A stretch of 30,271 nt of DNA from a virus. Lineage: Duplodnaviria > Caudoviricetes. The notes under the pieces were generated by a model. It saw only the letters and a list, made by a program, of their open reading frames with translations. It did no database searches and had not been told where the DNA came from. Of this stretch, positions 6,779 through 16,123 are shown in pieces. The number at the start of each line of letters is the position of its first letter. The stretch's first letter is position 1. The DNA lies in IMG/VR virus record IMGVR_UViG_3300036546_000398, positions 1 through 30,271 of that record. One strand, 5' to 3'. The translations under genes were made by a program, and so were the position numbers.

Positions 6779-9700
6779 CAGTTGCCGTCTCCTCGAATCT
6801 GCAGGGTAAAGTTGTCGGTCGGCTCCTCCACGGGGCCAGGCATGGTGGTGCGTGCCAGCCACATGGTCGCATTAGCCGCCGAGGTGTCAAAGCGCAGGCA
6901 GTTACCGGCCGCCCAGCCGGTTCCCCATCCGTGATAGTCGATGGTGAAATACGGTACCCCCGTGGCAGGATTGGTCGGTGCCACGTTGCTGCTTGTGGTA
7001 CCGCTCGCGATCACGCCGAGCTTCTCGCCGATGACGTCGAAGGCCGTCGCGCTGGTGAATTTAATGCACCAGCGCTGCGCCAGGGCGCCACGGTTGGTGA
7101 CGGCGATGGGATAGTGCAGGCTGTCGTATTTGGCGGTGGTGTCGTCGCCGCTGCGGGTGTTCTGCCAGATGTTGTCCCAGGTCTTCTGGGTGAACTGCCG
7201 CACGATGCGCGCGGCCAGATCGCCGGAGATCAGCGCGCCGCTTACCTGGGTTTCGTCGGCTGGAAAATCATGGGTGATCGGCCCGACGGTGCGGATCAGA
7301 CCGTTGATCTGCGCCTCGCTGATCAGCACCATGTCCTCGATACGGTGAGCGGCCACCAGAGGCTGACTGTAGGCGGAGAGATCCAGAGGATCGGCCATGG
7401 TCACCACACCGGTGGCGAGGGCGACGGTATAGAGGGTTTCGTCGACCAGGGTGCCGGCCTGGTCGCGAAGCTCCACCAGCGAGAGGTTGTCACGGTCAAG
7501 CACGATCTGCTGCCCGGCGGTCAGGTTGTCCGGCAGCAGCTGGTCGGCGGTGTGATGGATGACCGCCACGTCGCCGGAGCGCAGGATCGGCACCCGCCCG
7601 TCGATGGGCAGGCGCACCGGCTCGATACCGATAAGGTCGGCGTCCAGCGGCAAATAACTGTAGATCACGCCGTTATACAGGGCGGTATCGGCCAACACTC
7701 CGTAGGGGCACCAAATCTGCCCTTCCTGCACCATGTCGGCGTCGTACCAGGGCTCTGCCTCGTTGCCGGCGGCGGTGACCATCTCGCCGAAAAACAACCG
7801 CACCACGCCGACGGCGCTGTCGATGGTCCCCTCTAGACGGTCGGCGCTGAGCAGGCCATCGGTGCCCGCCGTGGCGGAAAGCAGCGTGCCGTCCGGAAGG
7901 TTGGCCCGCACCGACAGCGAGCCGTCGCGCACCGGCGCGCCCGGCAGGCGGAATATCCCCGCTGTCGGTGTGTTGCCGCCGCTGCGGGTGAGCAGTGTCA
8001 GCAGGGTGACGTCGGTGTTTGCCAACTGCGGATAGGTATTGAGGGTCGCGATGCCGGTTTCGTAATTGATCGATCCGGCCGTATCGCCGGCGCCGGTGGC
8101 GTCGTCGCGGTCGCGGTAGAGAGCGCCGGCCAGGTCATAATAAAACGATCCGGCCAGGGCAAACAGTACCGATCCGGCCACGATCGGCTCGACGGTGCCC
8201 GGGGTCAGATCGATCTCCAGGGCGCCGGCATCGAGACTGTCCGTCGCGTCGGTCCAGTCGGCAGCAACATCCTGCTGATAGGTAACGATCACGGCGGCCG
8301 GAGGTGTCTGCGAGGCGCTGACGGCGGTGCGCACCCCCATGTAAGACGTCGACCCAAGCGCGCCGAAATTGCCGCCGGTTTTGTACGATACCGTCGACCA
8401 TTTGTCGTATTGATAATCGGCGCAGGCCACCATCGTCACCGCGCCGGTGGCATAGTCGATGGTACCGACCGCGCCGATCAGGTTGCCGGAGCCGTCGTCA
8501 TGCGCCCGTTTGGTGATGGTGCGGGTGTTGATCTGTCCCGAGGTCAAAACCTCCTTGACCTGTTCCACGGCCCATTCGAGGCTCACGCTGCCGGGTCGCA
8601 GCGGCGCGTTCGGGATCGTAAAACTTACCTGCTGACCGTTGACGGTCAGATCCATAACCGTGGCACTGTCGGCCAGATCCTTGCGGTAGGTAATATCGAA
8701 AACCTCGCCGGAGGCCGGGATGACCGCCGGGGTAAAGCGAATCTTGCCGGCGCCGTAGCTTATCGTGCCGACGGCGTCGCCGCTCAGTGTGCCCGCGCCG
8801 GTATCGGTCGCGGTATAGGCACCGCCTCCCCAGGCAATAGCGATACTGCCTGGCTCGATGCCGGTGTCGGGCAGGTCGTGCTCGATGATGACGTCGTCGC
8901 CGTCGATGGCGCCGTGACGGGCCGTGGCCTCGATGCCGGTGCCCCAGGTGATGATAATGGATGAGCCGACATCGGGCAGCGCACCGACCGTCAGCACCAT
9001 CGATCCGCTGGCGTAATCGATGGTGCCGGTGCCGATGCCGCTCTCCGTGCCGACCAGTTCGCCGCGTCCGTTGTCCTTGAGGCGGTACCAGTTGCCAAGG
9101 GCCATGTAATCGACCGTCAGGGTACCTGGCGCCGGGACAGGTTTGAGGTTGGGGGTATAGTTCCAGGCGCGGTTGCTGATTTCGATCAGGATTTCAAGGC
9201 TCTGCTGCGCTTCGGTGACGGCCGCCGCCGGAGTGGCGGCAAGGGTGACGTCCTGGTTCCAGGTGCCGGATCCGGTCAGGGTAATGCGTCCGGCCGCGTA
9301 ATCGATACTGCCGCCGTAGCCGCCGGCGTCCACCAGGGCGATCAGGTCGCCGTCCTTGTCGATAAAATCGTGCCCGTCGATCGTCAGCGCCAGAGAGCCC
9401 GGCAAAAGGCCCGATCGCAGATGGATCACGGCGTTATCGCTGCCGCGCACGCCGGACCATACCAGGCTATCGTCCGCACCGGAGGCGACCATGCTGGTGC
9501 CAGAGCCGAAAATCAGTTGATCGACAACGGCGGTCTCCACCTGGCTGGTCGGCACCAGTTGATTATAGATGCTATCGACCTGCAGGGTCATGGCGCCGCT
9601 GTTTGCCGCTTCGGTCAGGCGCGACACGCCAAAATAGCGCGCTGCATCGGCCACGGCGGTGCCATGCACGCGGGTGGTGGCGGTGCCGACGTAGGGGGTC

Positions 9701-10311
9701 GGGTCCACACCCGGGAAGGTGTATTGCAGCGCGGCGCTCAGTTCGATAGTCACCACGTCGACCGTAAAAGCGCCGTAGGTGGCATGCACATAACCCGCAC
9801 GCTCGGTGCTGACCCCCTGCACCCGTACAAACTGCTGATCCCCCGAGACGCTGTTGCGCAGCACCAGTGTCTCGCTGACGCGCGGCAGGACTCCGTCCGG
9901 CTGCTGAAAGGCGACGATGGTGCGCTGCCCCTCCAGCTGATCGCCGAGCAGGCGCAACGCAAGGGTCTGGGCGATGGCCACATAACTCTCGATGTGGTCC
10001 TTGGAGTCGAGGCGCTCGTCGTAAAAATCGCCGGTGGTAAACAGGGTGACATGCACGTTGTCGTCGTCTGGGGGGTCGGTGATGATGGCGTGGCTACCGT
10101 AGTACATATCCTGGTTGTCGGTCATTACCGCCAAAAAGCATTTACGCAGCGACACCCTGCCATAGACGCGATCGAGGCGGGATATGTCGGGGAACAGGTT
10201 GTTGACCTCGCCGTCGGTGACCTCGGTTCCGGTCATCTCGCCGCCGCCGTCGTCGTAATCGGTGAGGCGCTCGGAGGCCATCAGTTTGATATCGGTTTTT
10301 AAAATACTCAT
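6778..10311 (-). CDS. Large tail structural protein (1177 aa) with repeated GxIxYxxG domains
   Basis: Located after the tape measure and distal-tail genes; NNLFPDISRLDR motif; six GxI(D/N/S)Y-like repeats. Confidence 0.8.
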   Translation of the reverse strand: MSILKTDIKLMASERLTDYDDGGGEMTGTEVTDGEVNNLFPDISRLDRVYGRVSLRKCFLAVMTDNQDMYYGSHAIITDPPDDDNVHVTLFTTGDFYDERLDSKDHIESYVAIAQTLALRLLGDQLEGQRTIVAFQQPDGVLPRVSETLVLRNSVSGDQQFVRVQGVSTERAGYVHATYGAFTVDVVTIELSAALQYTFPGVDPTPYVGTATTRVHGTAVADAARYFGVSRLTEAANSGAMTLQVDSIYNQLVPTSQVETAVVDQLIFGSGTSMVASGADDSLVWSGVRGSDNAVIHLRSGLLPGSLALTIDGHDFIDKDGDLIALVDAGGYGGSIDYAAGRITLTGSGTWNQDVTLAATPAAAVTEAQQSLEILIEISNRAWNYTPNLKPVPAPGTLTVDYMALGNWYRLKDNGRGELVGTESGIGTGTIDYASGSMVLTVGALPDVGSSIIITWGTGIEATARHGAIDGDDVIIEHDLPDTGIEPGSIAIAWGGGAYTATDTGAGTLSGDAVGTISYGAGKIRFTPAVIPASGEVFDITYRKDLADSATVMDLTVNGQQVSFTIPNAPLRPGSVSLEWAVEQVKEVLTSGQINTRTITKRAHDDGSGNLIGAVGTIDYATGAVTMVACADYQYDKWSTVSYKTGGNFGALGSTSYMGVRTAVSASQTPPAAVIVTYQQDVAADWTDATDSLDAGALEIDLTPGTVEPIVAGSVLFALAGSFYYDLAGALYRDRDDATGAGDTAGSINYETGIATLNTYPQLANTDVTLLTLLTRSGGNTPTAGIFRLPGAPVRDGSLSVRANLPDGTLLSATAGTDGLLSADRLEGTIDSAVGVVRLFFGEMVTAAGNEAEPWYDADMVQEGQIWCPYGVLADTALYNGVIYSYLPLDADLIGIEPVRLPIDGRVPILRSGDVAVIHHTADQLLPDNLTAGQQIVLDRDNLSLVELRDQAGTLVDETLYTVALATGVVTMADPLDLSAYSQPLVAAHRIEDMVLISEAQINGLIRTVGPITHDFPADETQVSGALISGDLAARIVRQFTQKTWDNIWQNTRSGDDTTAKYDSLHYPIAVTNRGALAQRWCIKFTSATAFDVIGEKLGVIASGTTSSNVAPTNPATGVPYFTIDYHGWGTGWAAGNCLRFDTSAANATMWLARTTMPGPVEEPTDNFTLQIRGDGN

Positions 10312-10685
10312 GCTACCTCGCGGAAAAAGAGGGTGACGACATAGGGTTGATCATCGTCCGGATCGGAGACGGTCCAGACCGGATCGGCGCTCATTCGGTC
10401 GCCGGTAAAGATCACGGTGTGCTCACTGCCGTCGTTGAGGGTCAGGGTCATTTCCTGCTCCGGCGTATTGGCTTTGGCGCGCAGCTGCTCCAGCAGCGAC
10501 CGGCGCACCCAGGCATAGTCCTCGCCGCCGGCCAGGGTGATAGGCCGGCCGGTTTGCTGTGCCATGGCCTGCACCACCAGCGCGCCATCGAGGGTGACGT
10601 TTTCCTGCTGGGCGACGGGGTTCCAGCGGTATTCGTCGGTCCAGATGAGATCGGCAGGCAGGGTCAATGCGTCGAGGGTAATCAT
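10308..10685 (-). CDS. Distal-tail-like minor tail protein
   Basis: ATGA overlaps on both sides; directly follows the tape measure; LPADLIWTDE...TLDGALVVQ...GRPITL motif. Confidence 0.7.
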   Translation of the reverse strand: MITLDALTLPADLIWTDEYRWNPVAQQENVTLDGALVVQAMAQQTGRPITLAGGEDYAWVRRSLLEQLRAKANTPEQEMTLTLNDGSEHTVIFTGDRMSADPVWTVSDPDDDQPYVVTLFFREVA

Positions 10686-13675
10686 GCGGTCACCGCCCCG
10701 GATTGACGCAACACATCGAGCAGGCGCCCGGCGTCGTTATCGCCGAACTGTCCGGACACGGTGCGTCCGTCCGGCGCGCGGAACTGCACCGTGACCGTGC
10801 GGGCGGCCCCCTGCGCGGCCTGGGCGACGGGGCCGGAGGCCTGCAGCTCTTGCGCGCGGATCGTGTTGATCGCGCCCTGCACCTGCGCATGCTGCGCCAG
10901 CCGGAGTTGGTCGCGCTGCTTGCGCACCATGTCGGCGGTGTGCTTGCGCAGGGCCGATGACAGCCAGCTGTCGCTCGCCTTGACACCGTAGATCTCTTTG
11001 CGGTAGCGGTTTTCGTACTGCCCCAGCTCGTCAAGAGACCCGAACTTTTGAATACCCTTGGTGATGGAATCCCACTCATTGGCGAACCATTGCGCCACGC
11101 CCGGGCCGGTATCGGCTCCGGAGACTTTGCCGCCGGCCGTGCTTTTTTCGCCGTCGTTTTTTTTATCAATGGAGCGGTTGAGGGCGTCGACCTTGCCCTT
11201 GGCCGAGGAGGCCTCGCGGCCGATTTTGGCCAGGCCACCGGCGGCATCGTCGCCGGCGCGCTTGCCGGCCTCGCCGACCTCATCGAGGGACGCGGCGAGC
11301 TTTTTGCCGGAGCTTGTCCCGGCGGTGGATATGCCGACCATCTCTTCCCAGCGCTTTTTGGTGGCGCTCACCGCCCGCTGCAGCTCCATCTCGGCATCGA
11401 CCATGGCAGCGCGGGCCTGCCGGTATTCGTGGCTGTCTTCGCCGTAGACCTGCTTGGACAGGTCGGCGGCCTCCTGCCGCATGGCGACCACCGCCTGCGC
11501 CAGATCCTGTTCGGCCTGGGCCTTGCGGTAGTTGTATTCGGCCTGCGTGATCCACTCCGATTCGAGCTGTTGCTCCAGGTCGAGCAGTTGCTGCTCCAGA
11601 TGCTGTTGCAGCTCTTTTTCTTCGTCGGCGTACTGCTGTGCCTGATCCTGGGTTTTGGCCTGCTGCAACTGCTTGACGGCGGCCACGTAATCGGCCTCGG
11701 CCTTGAGTTTGGCCTCCAGGGCCTTGGCGTGTTCCTCCGTGCCGGTCTGCGTGGTTTTGAGGGCTACAGCGGCATCGTAGTAAGCGTCGGCGAGCTTTTG
11801 CACCTCCGCTTCGAGCAGGCCCTGCTCGTCCCTGGCGCGGGTCATGGCATCGGTAAGCAGATCTTGCTTTTCGTGATAGGCCAGCACGGCGTTGTGGACT
11901 TTATCGAACGCCTGCTCCATGGTCAGCATCGATTGCGCGCCGTCGGCTCCGGTCCGGAGGACGGCGGCATTGACCAGGTGCATTTCGTCTTTGACCTGTT
12001 GCAGGCGCTCTTTGGCCTCGGCGAGTTGCTCCGAGGCCTGCCTGGCGCCCTCGGTCATGTTACCCAGCCAGTCGGTCTTCCCGGCCTCGGTCTGCAGACC
12101 GGCGAACGTCGCGACCCAATAGGCATGGGTTCCCGCCAGCTGATCACGGATTTCCGTCAACTCGTCTCCCGTTTTTCCATCGAGACCGGGCAGGCGAAAG
12201 TCTTTAAATTCTCCGTTTTTTTGCTGCACCTCGCCGACACTGGCCATCAGCCTGTCCTGGGCGTCTGCAGCCTCATTCGCGGCGTCGCGCCATTCGCGAA
12301 TGGTCTGGATTAACTCAATAACTTTTCCGGCCGACCATGCCGATACGGCAACCGTCAAACCGACAAGACCCGTCTTAGCGGCACCGGCCGCCGTGCCCAT
12401 CTGCGTCAGACCTCCGGCAGCTTCGACAGCGGTCTGCGCCATTTTGGCATTGCGGAGCATCTCCGTCACTTTGACGACGTTGCGGATGCCTCCGGCGACG
12501 GCATTGATGGCGTAGAGCGTGCCACCGGCGCCGACCAGGGCCAGAATAAGACCCTTGTTTTCGGCGACGAATTCGACGGTTTTGCCGATGGCTGTGGCCA
12601 GATCCGCCGCCCACTCGCCGATCTCTCCGGCGTTGTCGCGGATCGTACCGGCCAAGGTAACCATGGCGGCGTTGAAATCCTTGTTATTGGCGATGGCGTC
12701 GGCCACTTCGCTTTTAATCTGCTGCAAGGCCCCGCCAAGGGTGCCTGCGCTGGCGGCGGCCTTGCCTTGCACGCCGTCGCTTTGCTCCAGCAGCACCTGG
12801 TAGCGCACCTGGGCTTTCTCCAGATCGGTCAGGTCCTTCCAGGCGCGGCCGTGGGCGTTATGGGCGGCGTGCCAGCTTGCCACATAGGTTTCGTTGAGGG
12901 TCAGGCCAAGAAACTCGGCGCTTTCGGCCTCGCCACGCAGGGCGGCGGTGACACGCTCGATGGAGCCTTCCAGGTCGGTCTTACCGGCGCCGAGGTCGGC
13001 GGCGCGGCGGGTGAGCTCCTCCATCTGCACGGAGGACAGGCCCAGCCGTTTGGTCATGTCGACGGTGCGAGCGATAGCATTGGCGACCTCAGACTCGGAG
13101 TAGACCTTGAGGGCGGCGGCCATCTCGCCGACTTTGCCTTTCCAGTGATCGAGGCTACCGACGTTGTCAAACTCCCGGTTGGCGGCCTCGACCGAGGTGG
13201 CGAGGTTAAATTGCGATTGTTCGGCGGTGCGCGCGGCGGTGACCATGCCACCGATCACGGCGGTGATGGTGCGATAGCCGAGATAGGCGGCCACCAGCTT
13301 TTTGACGTGGCCGGTCAGGTTGGCGGTGGTGGCGATGCCTTGCTGCTGGGTGCGGTTGGCCTGGGCATACTCGGCCCGCAGCGCGGCGGTTTTGGCCTTG
13401 AGGTTGGTGGCCGCCTGGGCCAGCTCCTTTTGCGACAGCACGCCATTGTCGCGCAGCAGGGCATACTGCTTGCGCAGATCGGCCACCTCGTGGTTGACCT
13501 GCCGCATGGTGGGCACATCGAGCGCGCGGGATGCGGCGGCCAGCACCTTGGTGGCGCCCGGCACATCGCTGCGAAGCCGGCTGAACTCTCCGGAGATGTT
13601 TTTCAGCCCGTCCTCGGCGCCCTTGGTGTAGGCCGAGATGACCAGTTTCAGATGTTTTTCAGCGGCTGCCGACAT
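10682..13675 (-). CDS. Tail tape measure protein (997 aa)
   Basis: Ala/Gln/Glu-rich coiled-coil sequence with central hydrophobic Gly/Ala segments; follows the tail chaperone. Confidence 0.9.
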   Translation of the reverse strand: MSAAAEKHLKLVISAYTKGAEDGLKNISGEFSRLRSDVPGATKVLAAASRALDVPTMRQVNHEVADLRKQYALLRDNGVLSQKELAQAATNLKAKTAALRAEYAQANRTQQQGIATTANLTGHVKKLVAAYLGYRTITAVIGGMVTAARTAEQSQFNLATSVEAANREFDNVGSLDHWKGKVGEMAAALKVYSESEVANAIARTVDMTKRLGLSSVQMEELTRRAADLGAGKTDLEGSIERVTAALRGEAESAEFLGLTLNETYVASWHAAHNAHGRAWKDLTDLEKAQVRYQVLLEQSDGVQGKAAASAGTLGGALQQIKSEVADAIANNKDFNAAMVTLAGTIRDNAGEIGEWAADLATAIGKTVEFVAENKGLILALVGAGGTLYAINAVAGGIRNVVKVTEMLRNAKMAQTAVEAAGGLTQMGTAAGAAKTGLVGLTVAVSAWSAGKVIELIQTIREWRDAANEAADAQDRLMASVGEVQQKNGEFKDFRLPGLDGKTGDELTEIRDQLAGTHAYWVATFAGLQTEAGKTDWLGNMTEGARQASEQLAEAKERLQQVKDEMHLVNAAVLRTGADGAQSMLTMEQAFDKVHNAVLAYHEKQDLLTDAMTRARDEQGLLEAEVQKLADAYYDAAVALKTTQTGTEEHAKALEAKLKAEADYVAAVKQLQQAKTQDQAQQYADEEKELQQHLEQQLLDLEQQLESEWITQAEYNYRKAQAEQDLAQAVVAMRQEAADLSKQVYGEDSHEYRQARAAMVDAEMELQRAVSATKKRWEEMVGISTAGTSSGKKLAASLDEVGEAGKRAGDDAAGGLAKIGREASSAKGKVDALNRSIDKKNDGEKSTAGGKVSGADTGPGVAQWFANEWDSITKGIQKFGSLDELGQYENRYRKEIYGVKASDSWLSSALRKHTADMVRKQRDQLRLAQHAQVQGAINTIRAQELQASGPVAQAAQGAARTVTVQFRAPDGRTVSGQFGDNDAGRLLDVLRQSGAVTA

Positions 13676-13826
13676 GCTTTATCATCCTCAAAAAGAAACC
13701 ACCGCCCCACGTCCAGGGCTGCGGATAGCCGTGGTGCATCAGGATTTCACAGGCACGCTCAAGGCATTGGCGGAGCGGTTCTGAGCCGGGGCGAACATCC
13801 GCTTCACCATGCCGAGAAAAAAAGGG
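13659..13826 (-). other. Programmed -1 frameshift site and extended chaperone frame (gpGT-like, ~137 aa total)
   Basis: In-frame slippery C CCT TTT (13826-13820) running into a T7 tract; -1 frame open to TGA at 13661-13659, encoding ...LERACEILMHHGYPQPWTWGGGFFLRMIKHVGSR. Confidence 0.75.
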
Positions 13827-14071
13827 TTGGTCTCCTCCACGGCATTCCAGAGTTGCTCCAGGGCGGAGGGGCTGTGCTTGTGCAACTCCAGGCGCTCGAT
13901 ACCGGCGGCGCGCACGACGGCCTCGCTTGGCAATCGCCCGTCGAACAGCAGGTCGAGGGAGTCGGCTTTACCGGCGGCCACGGCGTCCATGCAGTCGGCG
14001 ATCTCTTCGACGGTGAGCTCCTTGGCCGTGACTTCCTTCCCGTCAAACTGAATAATCTTGCTCTTTTTCAT
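13739..14071 (-). CDS. Tail assembly chaperone (gpG-like)
   Basis: 110 aa between the tail tube and tape measure genes; ends near NPFF slippery site; SD GAGGA. Confidence 0.8.
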   Translation of the reverse strand: MKKSKIIQFDGKEVTAKELTVEEIADCMDAVAAGKADSLDLLFDGRLPSEAVVRAAGIERLELHKHSPSALEQLWNAVEETNPFFLGMVKRMFAPAQNRSANALSVPVKS

Positions 14072-14085
14072 CGGTGGTCCTCGTT

Positions 14086-14114
14086 AAAAGTCGGGCGGCA
14101 CTCAGGCCGCCCGA
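14086..14114 (-). terminator. Hairpin/weak terminator after the major tail gene
   Basis: 9-bp stem TCGGGCGGC/GCCGCCCGA followed by CTTTT on the - strand. Confidence 0.55.
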
Positions 14115-14117
14115 TGG

Positions 14118-14873
14118 TTAGGCGTCGTAATAGATGATTTCGAAGGCGGTGTCGTCGCCCTCGGGGATCTCGCACACCCCTTCGAGCTCAAGCGGAAGAA
14201 AATCGTCCGACAAAAAGTCGACCTCGGTGGAGGGTTTAAGCCTGGCGCTTTTAACCACCACTTTGCAGTTGCGGCCGTTGACGTAGTTTTTACCGTCGAG
14301 CACCAGGCGCGCGCGGATGATCGGAGAGGTGCCGCCGGTGATCTGCTGATAATTGACCTCGGCGTAGTCGCCGGAGATGTGCAGAGTTTCGCCTGCGGAG
14401 ATGGCACCGGTGGACAAAGCCTTGATCATGCCGAGACGGGGGTTGAGGATGTAATCGGTCCCCGCCACGTAGGTGGTGGTGTCGGTGGCATCCTTGACCA
14501 CAACATTGCTCAGGGCCTCTTTGCCGATCTCGACATAGCGATCCAGAATCGCGACGACCTCCAGAGGGGTGCCGGCATCGATGCTGCCGGAGACCTGCTG
14601 ACCGCTGACCACGTCGCCCAAAAACGCCACCGCCAGGTTGTCGGCGTCGAGCTGATTGAGGGTCAGCTTGATGTTGGTTTTGCCGGGCAGCGTGGCGGCG
14701 GCGATGACTTGGCCGTAGTTGGTGCGGCCTTTGCCGGTCTGCTCTTTGATTTCGGATTCGGGATTGAGGGCAAAGCTACTGCATGCCCCCTCGAGTTTGG
14801 CGCCCTGGGAGACGCCGGCGTCGGTGAGGCGATCGAAAAACAGATCGCCGGCGCCGATAAAACTGTCAGCCAT
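14118..14873 (-). CDS. Major tail (tube) protein
   Basis: Start MADSFIGAGDLFFDR with SD AAAGGAG; 251 aa; located between gp37-like and chaperone genes; no sheath gene nearby. Confidence 0.8.
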   Translation of the reverse strand: MADSFIGAGDLFFDRLTDAGVSQGAKLEGACSSFALNPESEIKEQTGKGRTNYGQVIAAATLPGKTNIKLTLNQLDADNLAVAFLGDVVSGQQVSGSIDAGTPLEVVAILDRYVEIGKEALSNVVVKDATDTTTYVAGTDYILNPRLGMIKALSTGAISAGETLHISGDYAEVNYQQITGGTSPIIRARLVLDGKNYVNGRNCKVVVKSARLKPSTEVDFLSDDFLPLELEGVCEIPEGDDTAFEIIYYDA

Positions 14874-14886
14874 GGTTGATGCTCCT

Positions 14887-15321
14887 TTAGTTGCTGAATG
14901 CGGGTTGCTGAACTTTGAGCCGGTACGTGGCCTGCATGACACACAGGTTCAGTTTGCGGCTGTAGCCGACCAGGCTTTCGCTTTTCAGTGCCAGCCTGCC
15001 GGCGCCATTGATGCCCAGGCGATTGAGCTTGCCCCGGGCTTGCTCCATGGTGTGGTATGCGCCATGACGGGCATTATCTTCGCCACGCAGGTTGCGATCG
15101 GCGACGTAAATCACCACCTCAAGATCATGTATATCCATGTTCCCCTTGGGTTCATTGTTCAACCCGGCCACGCAGATCATGACGGCAGGATATTGAATGG
15201 GAAACTGGCCAAAGCTGTCAGGGCTGAACTCGCCTCCATAGCTTTTAAGGGTCTTTAAACCCTCGTTCAAAAGGGGTTCAAGGGCCGACTTGCAAGCGTC
15301 TTCGAGTAATTCGTAGGTCAT
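14887..15321 (-). CDS. Mu gp37-like (DUF1834) tail terminator/neck protein
   Basis: TGATG overlap; KTLKSYGGEF...YPAV...NLRGE motif; synteny. Confidence 0.7.
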   Translation of the reverse strand: MTYELLEDACKSALEPLLNEGLKTLKSYGGEFSPDSFGQFPIQYPAVMICVAGLNNEPKGNMDIHDLEVVIYVADRNLRGEDNARHGAYHTMEQARGKLNRLGINGAGRLALKSESLVGYSRKLNLCVMQATYRLKVQQPAFSN

Positions 15322-15746
15322 CAAAACCCCCCTTTGAGACTGCCGCGATTAAACAGCCGATCGTTGCTGGTTACCTCGATGCGGGTGCTTCCGGTCTTGG
15401 CGCTGGCGGCACCTGGTAGTTGCACCTGACCGGCAGAGATCGCTTTAAGCAGTGCCTGGTTGGCCCGGTAACGCTCGCTGCGCGCCTCGGGGATGATCTC
15501 CTGCCGGCGGCTGTAGAGATAGTAGGTCGCCAGATCGGCCGACAACTCGGCGATGATCGGCGGCACCGTGGCAAACGGCACGGCGTAGCGGCCACTGCAC
15601 CAGGCGTCGATCTCGCTGTCAGCCCGGGTGATGGCAGCGTTGACCTTCGCCTCGTCGACGCTGACGGTGTCGTCATCGTCGGTCAGCTGCAGCAGGATGT
15701 CCTCGGGGATCCGCTCCTGGATGTCGGCAAGCTGGCTGTAGGCCAT
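15321..15746 (-). CDS. Mu gp36-like (gp436/DUF1320) head-tail adaptor
   Basis: MAYS...LLQLTDD...ADSEIDAW..GRY.VP...DLATYYLYSRR motif. Confidence 0.88.
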   Translation of the reverse strand: MAYSQLADIQERIPEDILLQLTDDDDTVSVDEAKVNAAITRADSEIDAWCSGRYAVPFATVPPIIAELSADLATYYLYSRRQEIIPEARSERYRANQALLKAISAGQVQLPGAASAKTGSTRIEVTSNDRLFNRGSLKGGF

Positions 15747-15749
15747 CGG

Positions 15750-16058
15750 TTATTCTCCCTGGGGTTCGGTCAGTTCCGCCCGCCGTTTGTCGATCGCGTC
15801 CAGCACACCCTTGCGGTCTTCCCCGGCGGCAAGCTGGTCGAGGTCTTCAAGAGTCTCTGCGGCCGCAACCAGTTTTGTGGACTCTTTGACGTTGGGACGT
15901 TTGTCGGCATTGGCGATTTCCACCACAAGGTTCGCCTCAGCGTTTAGCTGCTCAAGTTCATCGGCATTGAACCGATCATCGGGATATTCGGTCGGCTGTT
16001 TGCTGTGGGCGATGCCACAGCGGCGAAAGCCTTCCTGTTTGGCGGTGATACGAATCAT
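15750..16058 (-). CDS. Mu-like HI1506-related head protein
   Basis: IRITAKQEGFRRCGIAH...L.AE.NL.VE motif; SD AAGGAG; follows gpT. Confidence 0.8.
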   Translation of the reverse strand: MIRITAKQEGFRRCGIAHSKQPTEYPDDRFNADELEQLNAEANLVVEIANADKRPNVKESTKLVAAAETLEDLDQLAAGEDRKGVLDAIDKRRAELTEPQGE

Positions 16059-16077
16059 GGTTATAGCTCCTTGGACA

Positions 16078-16100
16078 GGTCGGCGGACAAGCCGCCGACC
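16078..16100. repeat. Intergenic hairpin after the capsid gene
   Basis: GGTCGGCGG-ACAAG-CCGCCGACC; no U-tract. Confidence 0.65.
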
Positions 16101-16123
16101 GTCAGTTATCCATTGTCAGTTGC

